Source: Flavobacteriaceae bacterium (GTDB lineage: Bacteria; Bacteroidota; Bacteroidia; Flavobacteriales; Flavobacteriaceae). From it: a stretch of DNA of 64,000 bases. Positions 48,364 through 58,085 of the stretch are shown in pieces. The notes under the pieces are model-generated. The model did not search any database. It saw only the letters and a program-made list of their open reading frames with translations, and had not been told where the DNA came from. A program made the position numbers and the translations under genes. The stretch is taken from contig JAWKMO010000002.1 of NCBI GenBank assembly GCA_041392205.1, forward strand, positions 273,641 through 337,640. The letters run 5' to 3'. Every line of letters begins with the position of its first letter. The first letter of the stretch is position 1.

Positions 48364-48789
48364 ATGTCATTTACAGATATTTTTGAAAGCGGAGCACGTG
48401 GGAAAAACATTGGGCATTTTGCTTCCATAGCAAATATAGCGTTAGCTCATGGGACTATTCATGAAAATGAAGAAAAACTTTTAAAGCGATTTGCTAAGAA
48501 ATTGGACATTACAGATCTTGAATATGAAGCGATATTAAAAAATCCTTCAAAATATCCTATAAATCCGCCCGCAACTGCCGATGAGCGTTTGGAACGGATG
48601 CTGGATTTATTTAAAATGATTTTTGCCGATCATGAAATTGATGATGAGGAACGAAAATTAATAGAAAGATATGCTATTGGATTAGGGTATACCGAAGATT
48701 TGGCAGCTACTTTAATTAAACGTTCTATAGAGATTTTTAATGGCGGATTGGATTTGGAAGATTATCGATACCTTCTCAATAAAAAATAA
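48364..48789 (+). CDS. TerB-like (tellurite-resistance/DjlA N-domain-like) protein
   Basis: 141 aa; two helical TerB-like repeats (…GTIHENEEKLLKRFAKKL…; …DHEIDDEERKLIERYA…). Confidence 0.45.
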   Translation: MSFTDIFESGARGKNIGHFASIANIALAHGTIHENEEKLLKRFAKKLDITDLEYEAILKNPSKYPINPPATADERLERMLDLFKMIFADHEIDDEERKLIERYAIGLGYTEDLAATLIKRSIEIFNGGLDLEDYRYLLNKK

Positions 48790-48809
48790 AGTAAGAAAGT
48801 AATAAAAGA

Positions 48810-49826
48810 TTAGGAGGGTTTGTGTAGCTGCATAAACCCTTCTGCTTTTTCTACCATATTTTTACTTCCACAAATAAAAGGAGTTCTTTGGTGAAGTTCC
48901 ATAGGTTGTATATTTAATATTCGTTCAAAGCCATTACTAGCTTTACCCCCTGCTTGTTCAGCAATAAATGCCATAGGATTGCATTCGTATAAAAGGCGTA
49001 ATTTTCCGTTGGGGTCTTTTGCCGTATTTGGGTAGATATAAATTCCCCCTTTTATCATATTTCTATGGAAATCCGACACCAAAGAACCAATGTAACGAGA
49101 GGTATAAGGGCGATCTTCTTCTTCTTTCTGGCAGTATTTTATATAATCTTTTACCCCTTGCGGGAAATGCACATAATTACCTTCGTTTACCGAATAAATT
49201 TTTCCATCTTCTGGAAAACGCATGTTAGGGTGCGATAAGTAATAGGTCCCTATTGCTGGATTTAATGTAAAACCATTTACGCCATGACCTGTGGTATAAA
49301 CAATCATGGTTGAAGTACCATAAATAATGTACCCTGCGGCAACTTGTTTATTTCCAGGCTGAAGAAAATCTTCTAATGTAACAGGAGTTCCTTCGGGAGT
49401 AATGCGTCTATAGATGGAAAAAATGGTTCCCACCGAGACATTTACATCAATATTAGAAGAACCATCCAAGGGGTCAATGAGCACCACATATTTATTATCA
49501 TTGTTCCCACTTCTCCCTTTAATAGTGATAAAATCGTCTTCTTCTTCACTGGCAATTCCACAAACAATTTCACGATTAGTCAATGTTTTTATAAAGGCAT
49601 TATTGGCAAAAACGTCCAACTTTTGTTGGTCTTCTCCTTGGATATTGGTATCTCCCGCAGTCCCTAAAATATCTACCAAACCTGCCTTGTTTACTTCGTG
49701 GTTGACCACTTTAGCTGCTAAACGGATTGAATTTATTAATCGGGAAAGCTCTCCAGAGGAGTACTTAAATTCACTTTGGTTTTCAATAATAAATTCACCT
49801 AGGGTGGTATTTTTTTGTGGTGTCAT
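48810..49826 (-). CDS. fbp: Fructose-1,6-bisphosphatase class 1 (start at MTPQKN…)
   Basis: …[12 protein letters not shown]… metal-binding motif and overall FBPase I similarity. Confidence 0.85.
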   Translation of the reverse strand: MTPQKNTTLGEFIIENQSEFKYSSGELSRLINSIRLAAKVVNHEVNKAGLVDILGTAGDTNIQGEDQQKLDVFANNAFIKTLTNREIVCGIASEEEDDFITIKGRSGNNDNKYVVLIDPLDGSSNIDVNVSVGTIFSIYRRITPEGTPVTLEDFLQPGNKQVAAGYIIYGTSTMIVYTTGHGVNGFTLNPAIGTYYLSHPNMRFPEDGKIYSVNEGNYVHFPQGVKDYIKYCQKEEEDRPYTSRYIGSLVSDFHRNMIKGGIYIYPNTAKDPNGKLRLLYECNPMAFIAEQAGGKASNGFERILNIQPMELHQRTPFICGSKNMVEKAEGFMQLHKPS

Positions 49827-49909
49827 GCTGGAAGGTTGTAACTTTGAAGCAAATATCGGTAATTTTAAGAAATAGAAACGATATTTGTACATGAAAACCT
49901 AAAGGAACA

Positions 49910-50380
49910 ATGATCGTTCGAACGGCCATAAAAGAAGACATGCCCTCCGTTTTGGAGCTCATAAAAGAGTTAGCTATTTTTGAAAAGGAACCCCTTGCCG
50001 TACAAGTAACGGTACAAGAATTGGAAGCGGCAGGTTTTGGTAAACAGCCACAGTTTAGCTGTTTTGTGGCGGAAAGTGAAAATGAAATTGTAGGAATGGC
50101 CTTGGTGTATTTTCGATTTTCTACCTGGGTGGGTAGAACCCTTCATTTGGAAGATCTTATTGTAAAAGAAAATATGCGAGGCAAAGGTGTAGGAATGGCG
50201 CTTTACAAAAGAGTGATGGAATATGCACAAGAAGCAAAAGTAAATAGAGTTAACTGGATGGTGCTAGGCTGGAACAAAGAAGCGATTGCTTTTTATGAAA
50301 AAACGGGCGCTTTAGTGTTGGAACAATGGTGGCAAGTTGAAATGAGTAAAAAAGAACTAGAAAAATTTTTAAGGAAATGA
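49910..50380 (+). CDS. GNAT family N-acetyltransferase
   Basis: 156 aa; acetyl-CoA binding motif …RGKGVGMALYKRV…. Confidence 0.75.
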   Translation: MIVRTAIKEDMPSVLELIKELAIFEKEPLAVQVTVQELEAAGFGKQPQFSCFVAESENEIVGMALVYFRFSTWVGRTLHLEDLIVKENMRGKGVGMALYKRVMEYAQEAKVNRVNWMVLGWNKEAIAFYEKTGALVLEQWWQVEMSKKELEKFLRK

Positions 50381-51636
50381 AGATCTTTAAATTTGGAGGC
50401 GCTTCGGTAAAAGATGCCGAAGGGGTTAAAAATGTAAAAAAGGTTTTAGCCTTTGCGGCAGAAAAGGATTTGGTGGTGGTTATTTCAGCGATGGGAAAAA
50501 TAACCAATGCCCTTGAAATTGTGGTCTCCAATTATTTTAATAACAACACTTCCGAAATGGAAGCGAGCATTAGCGAAGTATATAACTATCATCTTCAAAT
50601 TTTAAAAGAATTATTCCCAAATACATCACACACCATTTATGCAAAGGTTTCAAAATGGTTTTTGGGAATGAAATCCTTTTTAGACAGTAATAAATCCATA
50701 AATCACGCTTTTGTCTATGACCAAATAGTAAGTTTTGGGGAGCTTATTTCTACGACCATAGTTTCTGAATATTTAAATGAAAACGGCTATAAAAATGAAT
50801 GGTTAGATGTGCGGCAATGCATAAAAACCGATAATTATTATCGTGACGCACGAGTAGATTGGGAACAAACACAAAAACTTATTCAAGAGAAAACTTCAAA
50901 AAAAGGAATTACGATAACACAAGGATTTTTAGGAGCTGAAGACACCCATAATTTTACCACTACCTTAGGCAGAGAAGGGAGTGATTATACGGCAGCTATT
51001 TTTGGATACTGTTTAAATGCCCAGAGTGTTACTATTTGGAAAGACGTTCCAGGGGTGTTAAACGCAGATCCCCGACATTTTTCCAGCACACAATTGTTGC
51101 ATCATATTTCGTATCGTGAAGCTATTGAATTGGCCTTTTACGGGGCTTCTGTAATACATCCTAAAACGCTTCAGCCGCTTCAAAGAAAAGAAATCCCCTT
51201 GTACGTAAAATCCTTTATAAAACCAGAAGCCTCTGGAACTTGTGTAGGGAAAGGGGTCGTATTGGACCCTATGGTTTCGTGTTTTATTCTAAAGAAAAAC
51301 CAAGTGTTAATTTCGCTATCCTCTTTGGATTTCAGTTTTATGATGGAAGATAATATTAGCGAAGTGTTTAACCTTCTTCATAGCCATAAAATGAAGGTGG
51401 AATTAATTCAAAATTCTGCGATAAGTTTTTCAGTATGTGTCGATAACAAATACAATTCACTAGAGAGTTTACTTCCAAAATTGATGGAAAAATTTAAAGT
51501 CACATGCGATACCCATGTGACCCTTTACACGGTTCGACATAGCAAGCCTCAAGAAATAATTTCGTTAACGATGGGGAAAGAAGTTCTTTTAAAGCAAGAA
51601 ACAGGAGAAACCGTACAATTGGTTGTTAAGGAATAG
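50377..51636 (+). CDS. lysC: Aspartate kinase
   Basis: 419 aa; MKIFKFGGASV… amino-acid kinase fold; C-terminal ACT regulatory domains. Confidence 0.85.
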   Translation: MKIFKFGGASVKDAEGVKNVKKVLAFAAEKDLVVVISAMGKITNALEIVVSNYFNNNTSEMEASISEVYNYHLQILKELFPNTSHTIYAKVSKWFLGMKSFLDSNKSINHAFVYDQIVSFGELISTTIVSEYLNENGYKNEWLDVRQCIKTDNYYRDARVDWEQTQKLIQEKTSKKGITITQGFLGAEDTHNFTTTLGREGSDYTAAIFGYCLNAQSVTIWKDVPGVLNADPRHFSSTQLLHHISYREAIELAFYGASVIHPKTLQPLQRKEIPLYVKSFIKPEASGTCVGKGVVLDPMVSCFILKKNQVLISLSSLDFSFMMEDNISEVFNLLHSHKMKVELIQNSAISFSVCVDNKYNSLESLLPKLMEKFKVTCDTHVTLYTVRHSKPQEIISLTMGKEVLLKQETGETVQLVVKE

Positions 51637-51701
51637 TAAGTAATTTCGGCTTGTTTACCTATATTTGTTAAAGTGTAAATTAAACTTCAACCTAACACTC
51701 C

Positions 51702-53513
51702 ATGGGATTAGTTAATGCAAAAGAAGTTGCCAGTGCTATTAAGGTCGATAAATTCGGTTTTATTGGGACTTCTCTTGGTTGGTTGTTAATGAAAGTTTTG
51801 AAAATTTCGACCATGAACAAGATTTATGATCGAAATAAGCATCTTCACGACCTAGAATTTATTAATGCACTTCTTGGTGAATTTGAGATTCGTTTTGAAA
51901 TCCCAGAGGAAGATTTAAAACGAATTCCAAAAACAGGTCCTTTTATAACCATTTCTAACCATCCATTAGGAGGGATTGATGGAATTCTTTTATTAAAACT
52001 ATTGCTAGAAAATCGTCCCGATTTTAAAATTATTGCCAACTTTTTATTGCATCGAATCGAGCCCTTAAAACCTTATGTAATGCCCGTTAATCCTTTTGAA
52101 AGTCATAAGGATGTAAAAAGCAGTTTTACTGGGTTTAAAAATGCCCTACAACATCTTAAAGATGGAAATTCCTTAGGAATTTTCCCCGCAGGGGAGGTTT
52201 CTACCTATCGTGATGGGAAATTATTAGTGGATAAGCCTTGGGAAATTGCGGCTATGAAATTGGTAAAAAAGGCAGAAGTTCCTGTGGTTCCCATCTATTT
52301 TCACGCAAAAAATAGTACGCTTTTTTACCGCTTAGCAAAATTAAGTGACACCTTACGTACGGCAAAATTACCTTCCGAATTGTTAACCCAAAAAGAACGA
52401 GTAATAAAAGTGCGAATTGGAAATCCAATATCCGTTTTAGACCAGAAAGAACAGGAATCTTTAGAAACCTTTACCGAATTTTTGCGAAAGAAAACCTATG
52501 TGTTAGCCAATCCTTTTGAAAAGAAAAAGCTCATAGATACGATCCCTAAAACTTTAAAAATTCCCAAACCTCCCAAAAAAATTGCAGGACCCATTCCCTT
52601 GGAATCGATGCTTCAGGAGATAGAAACACTTCGACTAGCAGATAAGCGTTTGTTAGTGAGTAAAAACTATGAGGTTTATTTAGCCCAAGCACAACTTATT
52701 CCAAACATTCTTCAAGAGATAGGAAGACTTCGTGAAATCACTTTTAGAGAAGTAGGCGAAGGAACCAATCAAGCAACCGATTTAGATAAATTTGATTCCT
52801 ATTATCATCATATGTTTTTATGGGATAATGACACCCATCAACTTGCGGGAGCTTATCGAATGGGGCTTGGCTCAAAGATTTTTGCTCAATATGGGATTGA
52901 TGGGTTTTACCTTCAAGATTTATTCCGCTTTGAGCCCGAATTGTACGATATGATGAGTAAATCTATTGAAATGGGTCGCGCTTTCATTATTAAAGAATAC
53001 CAGCAGCGTCCTATGCCCTTGTTTTTACTTTGGAAAGGAATTGTACACACTACGTTACGTTATCCCGAACATAAATTCTTGATTGGTGGCGTGAGTATTA
53101 GTAATAAATTTTCTGAATTCAGTAAGAGTTTGATGATTGAATTTATGAAATCGAATTATTACGATCCCTATGTGGCACAATACATTAACCCGAAAAAAGA
53201 ATTTAAAGTTAAACTGAAAGATGCCGATAAGGATTTCATTTTTGACGAGACCGAAGCCGATTTAAACAAATTTGATAAAATTATTGACGAGGTAGAACCC
53301 GGAAGCCTTCGCCTACCGGTACTTATCAAAAAATACATTAAACAAAATGCTAAAGTGGTTGCCTTTAATGTGGATCCTTTGTTCAACAACGCAGTGGATG
53401 GTTTAATGTACATTCGTATTGCAGATTTACCTGAAAGCACGGTAAAGCCCGTTATGGAAGAATTTCAAGCCGAATTGGAACGTAAATATCTTTCCAAAAA
53501 CGAAGAAGAATAA
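51702..53513 (+). CDS. Bifunctional acyltransferase, OlsF-like aminolipid (ornithine/lysine/glycine lipid) synthase: PlsC-like O-acyltransferase N-domain + GNAT-like N-acyltransferase C-domain
   Basis: 603 aa; N-domain ISNHPLGGIDG (HX4D-like acyltransferase motif) and FPAGEVS; C-terminal hemolysin/N-acyl amino acid synthase-like domain. Confidence 0.5.
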   Translation: MGLVNAKEVASAIKVDKFGFIGTSLGWLLMKVLKISTMNKIYDRNKHLHDLEFINALLGEFEIRFEIPEEDLKRIPKTGPFITISNHPLGGIDGILLLKLLLENRPDFKIIANFLLHRIEPLKPYVMPVNPFESHKDVKSSFTGFKNALQHLKDGNSLGIFPAGEVSTYRDGKLLVDKPWEIAAMKLVKKAEVPVVPIYFHAKNSTLFYRLAKLSDTLRTAKLPSELLTQKERVIKVRIGNPISVLDQKEQESLETFTEFLRKKTYVLANPFEKKKLIDTIPKTLKIPKPPKKIAGPIPLESMLQEIETLRLADKRLLVSKNYEVYLAQAQLIPNILQEIGRLREITFREVGEGTNQATDLDKFDSYYHHMFLWDNDTHQLAGAYRMGLGSKIFAQYGIDGFYLQDLFRFEPELYDMMSKSIEMGRAFIIKEYQQRPMPLFLLWKGIVHTTLRYPEHKFLIGGVSISNKFSEFSKSLMIEFMKSNYYDPYVAQYINPKKEFKVKLKDADKDFIFDETEADLNKFDKIIDEVEPGSLRLPVLIKKYIKQNAKVVAFNVDPLFNNAVDGLMYIRIADLPESTVKPVMEEFQAELERKYLSKNEEE

Positions 53514-53732
53514 CTACTTTTTCTCTTTCATTTTACACGTATTCCACCCAAAAATAGGATACAATGGGCAAAAGCCACTTACTCCTGTAAAAGTAGTTGC
53601 TACGGCAAATAATAATAGCACAAGGCTCCAAAAACCAGAGACAGTTTCTGTAAAATATAGCGTTATAATGACAGCTGCAAGGATAAAACGAAGGGTTCTA
53701 TCCCATGTTCCCATGTTCTTTTTTAGTTTCAT
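53514..53732 (-). CDS. DUF2892 (YgaP-like) small inner-membrane protein (start at MKLKKNMGTWDR)
   Basis: NMGTWDRTLRFILAAVIITLYF…GFCPLYPIFGWNTCK typical DUF2892; the longer six-frame ORF overlaps the upstream DinB gene. Confidence 0.5.
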   Translation of the reverse strand: MKLKKNMGTWDRTLRFILAAVIITLYFTETVSGFWSLVLLLFAVATTFTGVSGFCPLYPIFGWNTCKMKEKK

Positions 53733-54265
53733 TCTTTTGGAGTGTGTTTTACGATGGTTAAATAGTTGATCCAAGGACCAATTTCTTCTTTGTACTGTTT
53801 TGCCATAACACGTGATACTTGAGCAATATGCCCTAAATCGTGTACCACCCAAGCCGAAAGCAAATTCTTTAAACTCACCACTCCCAAAGAAGGATGGTTG
53901 GCGGTCTTGTTTAAATCTACTTCAGATAAATTTTTAGAGCGTAAGGTCTCAAGATTTTTTTTCCGAAGGGTTTCAAATTCTGAAAGTAGGGTGCTTAAAG
54001 ATTTTCCTTTACTCATTTCAAATTGAGCAAAGCGGTCGTAGGGCTCAAAGGTGGTTCTTTCTGAAGTGCCTAAGACAATTTCTAAGCGAGGCATCCAATC
54101 GGTTTTTTCGCCGTGGACCAAATGTCCAACAACATCGTAGGCACTCCACGTATTTGGGCCTTCGTTTTGTTGGGTCCATTCGTTTGAAATTCCCAGAAGG
54201 AGTGATTTCATTACACTGGGAGTACGCTCCAGAATTTCCAGTGCTTTAGCAAGTTCAAATTCCAT
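53729..54265 (-). CDS. DinB/YfiT-like (DinB_2) family metal-dependent protein
   Basis: 178 aa; conserved His pattern (…DVVGHLVHGE…; …VHDLGHIAQ…). Confidence 0.65.
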   Translation of the reverse strand: MEFELAKALEILERTPSVMKSLLLGISNEWTQQNEGPNTWSAYDVVGHLVHGEKTDWMPRLEIVLGTSERTTFEPYDRFAQFEMSKGKSLSTLLSEFETLRKKNLETLRSKNLSEVDLNKTANHPSLGVVSLKNLLSAWVVHDLGHIAQVSRVMAKQYKEEIGPWINYLTIVKHTPKE

Positions 54266-54351
54266 TATTTTGAATCAAATTAATACCTAGCATTATAAGT
54301 TCTAATGTCACTTTTAAAATTACTTTGTTTTGTGATAACCGCAAAATAAAT

Positions 54352-54378
54352 AAAAAAACCCAGGACAAGCCTGGGTTC
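54352..54378 (-). terminator. Rho-independent terminator for lipoprotein gene
   Basis: Minus-strand aacccaggcttgtcctgggtttttttattt (stem acccagg/cctgggt + T-run). Confidence 0.7.
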
Positions 54379-54405
54379 TTAATTTTTCAAAGCAAGAAGC
54401 TTTAC

Positions 54406-54912
54406 TTATTTATTCTCTTCAGTGTTTACAGCAGTAGTATCATTCATTTTTGCCACAATCCCTTCGTGAGCCTTCATCATATTTTCTTGAAGCGTCTTAA
54501 GAGTTGCATTTTCTTCCATCATTTTGGTGTTGTTCTCAATAATGGTGTTGATTTGAGCTTCTTTTTCTTCAGCTGTTAGGGAAGCAAAAGTAGTAGCAAG
54601 CTCTGTGTACCCTTCAAAGGTTTTCTTTTGACCTTCCAATACTGCAGATTGGTTTGCAAAAGCAGCTTCATGTTCTGACAAAGAGGCCAATAATAAAGAA
54701 TCTACCGGTTGCATAGCACTGATTTTTGCACTCATCTCTTTATGCATTACCGTCATTTTTTCAAAAGTTGCTTGTAAGTCGGCAGAAACAGTTTGTAAGC
54801 TGTCTTTTTGAGACATTAGTTGGGTAAATTTTTCATTCAACTCTTTCGATTTGGTGTCACATGAAATAGCGATTACTGCTACAGAGGCAAGGGCTAAAAT
54901 TATTTTTTTCAT
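54406..54912 (-). CDS. Coiled-coil lipoprotein of unknown function
   Basis: 168 aa; signal+Cys (IAISCDTK); heptad-repeat helical sequence. Confidence 0.45.
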   Translation of the reverse strand: MKKIILALASVAVIAISCDTKSKELNEKFTQLMSQKDSLQTVSADLQATFEKMTVMHKEMSAKISAMQPVDSLLLASLSEHEAAFANQSAVLEGQKKTFEGYTELATTFASLTAEEKEAQINTIIENNTKMMEENATLKTLQENMMKAHEGIVAKMNDTTAVNTEENK

Positions 54913-55076
54913 TGTTACTTTTTGTTGTTTTTGTTATTTGGTTTGAACAGAGGGGTCTTGCTCTGTTTCATGGCGCAAAAGTAAAGAAATAGTGATTCGA
55001 AAATTAAAAGCAATGAAAATATTTTTTATAACTGAAAATGAACTTGTTAGATCATAAAAACCCAGTTTTTTAAATT

Positions 55077-55772
55077 TTATTTAGGTTCTATAATAAAAAA
55101 AATGGCCGTGCTGTCTCCTATATTTTGTACTTCGTGAATAGAGGTTTCGGGTTTGTAAAATTCGTATCCGGTAGGGACATTTACTTCGCGGGTTCCTTCA
55201 GCATCGGTAATCTTAAATTTGCTTCCTTTTAAGGTATAACCAAAATGTGGAGCATGTTCGTGACGTTCATGACCCACACCAGGAGGAAAGGTACATTTTA
55301 AAACGCGTATGGTTTCATCTTCTTCTACTACTTCACACACTTTTTCACCCTTCCAGCCTGCATTTAGTTGATCTGGAAGATTTGAGGCACTTGTATTTTC
55401 TGAAGAAATACAATCTATTAATAGCAATAGGAGCGCAAAAATTGCCGGAATCGCCTGCACATAAAATATTCTTTTAGAAACGGTAAAAGCTCCTACGATG
55501 CCCGCAATGGTAACACAACCTAAAAAGAATAGGGAAATATTGGTTCTCCAGACTTCATCTTCAATAAAAAATGTCCAGATAAGTCCTGCCGCTAAAAAAC
55601 CATTGTACAACCCTTGATTTGCCATCATGGATTTTGTTTTGGCAAACAAATCTTTGGGGAAACCTTTGAATATTTTAGGCCCTTTGGTGGTCCATGCTAA
55701 GGCTTCGAAATAGAAAAAGTACAGGTGCAGAAAGGCGATAAAGCCGACGAGAATTTTTAGAATTAGGGTCAC
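55077..55772 (-). CDS. Fusion protein: DUF1304-like membrane domain + C-terminal cupin domain; last gene of ars-like operon
   Basis: 231 aa; 4 TM helices then …HERHEHAPHFGYTLKG…HEVQNIGDSTAIFFIIEPK cupin His motifs. Confidence 0.5.
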   Translation of the reverse strand: MTLILKILVGFIAFLHLYFFYFEALAWTTKGPKIFKGFPKDLFAKTKSMMANQGLYNGFLAAGLIWTFFIEDEVWRTNISLFFLGCVTIAGIVGAFTVSKRIFYVQAIPAIFALLLLLIDCISSENTSASNLPDQLNAGWKGEKVCEVVEEDETIRVLKCTFPPGVGHERHEHAPHFGYTLKGSKFKITDAEGTREVNVPTGYEFYKPETSIHEVQNIGDSTAIFFIIEPK

Positions 55773-55776
55773 ATTT

Positions 55777-56679
55777 CTATAGATTGGTTTCTATAAAATT
55801 ACGACAATATTCTTTTATCTGGTCTCTGGCTTTTTCAAAAGCAGCATGTTTTTCTTCTTCGGTTCCTTGTACTTTGGAAGGGTCAAAGAAATTATGATGC
55901 AACCTTTTGGCATTGGGTGCCGGAATAAAGGGGCAGTTTTCGTTAGCATGATCACACACCGTGATGATAAAATCCCAATGGATTCCCTGATATTCATCCA
56001 CGTGGTTGGAGGTGTGATAGGAAATATCAATTCCGTCTTCGGCCATAATTGAAACCGCTCCGGGATTCAATCCGTGAGTTTCAATCCCGGCACTAAACAC
56101 CTGAACTTTTCCCTCCCCAAAGGTTTTTAAATAGCCGTGGGCCATCTGACTCCGGCAACTATTTCCGGTACAAAGAACTAATACGTTTTTCATATAATGT
56201 ATTTTTTTACTTCTTCTTTCTAATTCAATATTGTCGTACCAAATTCCTAATCGCTGGCCAATTTTTTCTTTGGTTCCTACTATTCTAAATCCTGCATTTT
56301 TATGAAGTTGAAGGCTTGCGCTATTTTGAGGAAAAATTCTGGCTTGTAACGTCCAAAATCCTTCTTTTTCACTTTCCTTTATTAAATGATTTAATACTAT
56401 TTTTCCTATTCCTCTTCCTCTGGCTTTTTCCGAAATATAAATAGTTGTTTCTGCAACACCCTTATAAACGTCTCTTTTTGATATTGCAGAAAGCGCACAC
56501 CAACCTAAAACCTCTTCATTTTCTAGAATGACAAAACGGCATTTGGATAAAAATTTTTCATTAAAAATTTCCCAAGTAGGTACTTGCGCCTCAAAGGTGG
56601 CAATTCCTGTAGCCATTCCATCTGAATAAATTTTAGCGACTTGAGGATAGTATTTTTTAAGAAGTGGAATAATTTTCAT
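55777..56679 (-). CDS. arsC: ArsN-type GNAT N-acetyltransferase fused to LMW-PTP-type arsenate reductase ArsC (start at MKIIPLL…)
   Basis: N-half phosphinothricin-acetyltransferase-like GNAT (…ARGRGIGKIVLNHLI…); C-half LVLCTGNSCRSQMA (CX5R P-loop) and …VCDHANENCP… of thioredoxin-coupled ArsC. Confidence 0.7.
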   Translation of the reverse strand: MKIIPLLKKYYPQVAKIYSDGMATGIATFEAQVPTWEIFNEKFLSKCRFVILENEEVLGWCALSAISKRDVYKGVAETTIYISEKARGRGIGKIVLNHLIKESEKEGFWTLQARIFPQNSASLQLHKNAGFRIVGTKEKIGQRLGIWYDNIELERRSKKIHYMKNVLVLCTGNSCRSQMAHGYLKTFGEGKVQVFSAGIETHGLNPGAVSIMAEDGIDISYHTSNHVDEYQGIHWDFIITVCDHANENCPFIPAPNAKRLHHNFFDPSKVQGTEEEKHAAFEKARDQIKEYCRNFIETNL

Positions 56680-56680
56680 T

Positions 56681-57187
56681 TTAACAACAACCGCCACCGG
56701 GAGTACAACACTCTTTAGTATCTGCGGTTTCCAGCATGGTTTCTTTTTTGGATTCTGGGACACCACAAACCTCTTTTGCCTTACAGTCTGTTTTTTGAAT
56801 ACCTAATAATAAAATAAGTTGATTTTCAGTCAATGAATAATCATTCACAAACAATTGTGCTGTGTGAAAGTTGGGATTGCTGTATTCAAATTTAATTACC
56901 GCATCCATGTCAAAAGGTTTCATTTGTCCTACTTTCTTTAAAATACCAAGTGCTTTAAATGTGGACATATACTCAGTTTTATGTCTTTCAGAAGGGCTTT
57001 CCCAAAGTTGAACAATGGTTTCGTTCCAAGAATCTGTGCTCGACCCACAATCTACGGAGTCAATGGTAACGTGTTTTACTTCGGTGATATGATAGTTGGG
57101 AGCCACAAAGTTTCCTGAAGTATACTCAAAAAGCAAGGCTTTGTTTTTGTGGATCTCAAGGAGAGAAAGAAATTCGTGTGTTTTCAT
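56681..57187 (-). CDS. Conserved ars-operon-associated protein (DUF6428-like) with Cys-rich C-terminus
   Basis: 168 aa; ends …DTKECCTPGGGCC; stop 1 nt from arsN-arsC start, 10 nt after arsR. Confidence 0.4.
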   Translation of the reverse strand: MKTHEFLSLLEIHKNKALLFEYTSGNFVAPNYHITEVKHVTIDSVDCGSSTDSWNETIVQLWESPSERHKTEYMSTFKALGILKKVGQMKPFDMDAVIKFEYSNPNFHTAQLFVNDYSLTENQLILLLGIQKTDCKAKEVCGVPESKKETMLETADTKECCTPGGGCC

Positions 57188-57197
57188 TATAATAGGA

Positions 57198-57521
57198 TTA
57201 ACAGCAACGCGCTGAAGTGTGATTAAAAAATTGATTTAATAGTTGTTGGAATTCTTTAAAACGGTTTACGTTCAGGCAATAACAAAAGCGTTTTCCTTCA
57301 AACGTTCCTATTAGTAGTCCGGCATTACGGATCACTTGAAGGTGTTGTGAGATGGTGGGTTGGGAGAGTCCTATTTCATCTACAATATCACCACAGATGC
57401 AATTTTCTTGTTTGGCAATGTATTCCAGAATGGCTACACGTGCTGGATGGGAAAGCACTTTAGCAATTTCAGCAATTTGAATTTGAGTGGACGAATGTAT
57501 TTCAGTTTTTGAAACTCCCAT
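57198..57521 (-). CDS. arsR: ArsR/SmtB family metalloregulatory transcriptional repressor
   Basis: 107 aa; HTH …LSQPTISQHLQVIRNAGLL…; metal-site ENCICGD. Confidence 0.8.
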   Translation of the reverse strand: MGVSKTEIHSSTQIQIAEIAKVLSHPARVAILEYIAKQENCICGDIVDEIGLSQPTISQHLQVIRNAGLLIGTFEGKRFCYCLNVNRFKEFQQLLNQFFNHTSARCC

Positions 57522-57612
57522 AGATACATAAATAATATTGCAATATTACGATAATAAATTAAATTAAAAAAGCTTTCCGTGTTTTTGAAAGCTTTTGTAT
57601 TAAATGATTTTT

Positions 57613-58002
57613 TTAGAACCAAGGTTTTTTACCTACTTGATAGGTTTGGTAAAACTCTTCGTCGCTTTTGGTAAGGTAAATAATACCTTCAATAAGGCCA
57701 ATTACCCCAGTGGCCATATAAATAAATACACCAATAATGATACAAGAAGTTGCAATACCTAATAGTGTTCCTCCCAGTAGAATAAATCCCTCTTTTTGAT
57801 ATCCAAGAATAAATTTATGAACCCCAAATGCCCCTAAAAATATTCCTAACAGTCCTGCGAGAAGTTTTTTGTTTTCTCCACTTTTGGTGGTTTGGTTCCA
57901 ACCTTCTTTGAATTCGCTGGCAGTACTTTTTGCTTCTTCTTTTATTTCTTTAGCGGTGTCTTTTATTTCATCACCTAGATTTTCGTTGTTTTCTTCAGAC
58001 AT
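57613..58002 (-). CDS. TM2 domain-containing membrane protein
   Basis: 129 aa; acidic N-terminus; KKLLAGLLGIFLGAFGVHKFILGY TM2 signature. Confidence 0.55.
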   Translation of the reverse strand: MSEENNENLGDEIKDTAKEIKEEAKSTASEFKEGWNQTTKSGENKKLLAGLLGIFLGAFGVHKFILGYQKEGFILLGGTLLGIATSCIIIGVFIYMATGVIGLIEGIIYLTKSDEEFYQTYQVGKKPWF

Positions 58003-58085
58003 GATATTAGTTTTAGTTGAAGTTTAAAAGTAATATTTTTTTTAAAACCATGACTACCAGAATTCCATTACTTTTTAAAATTATT

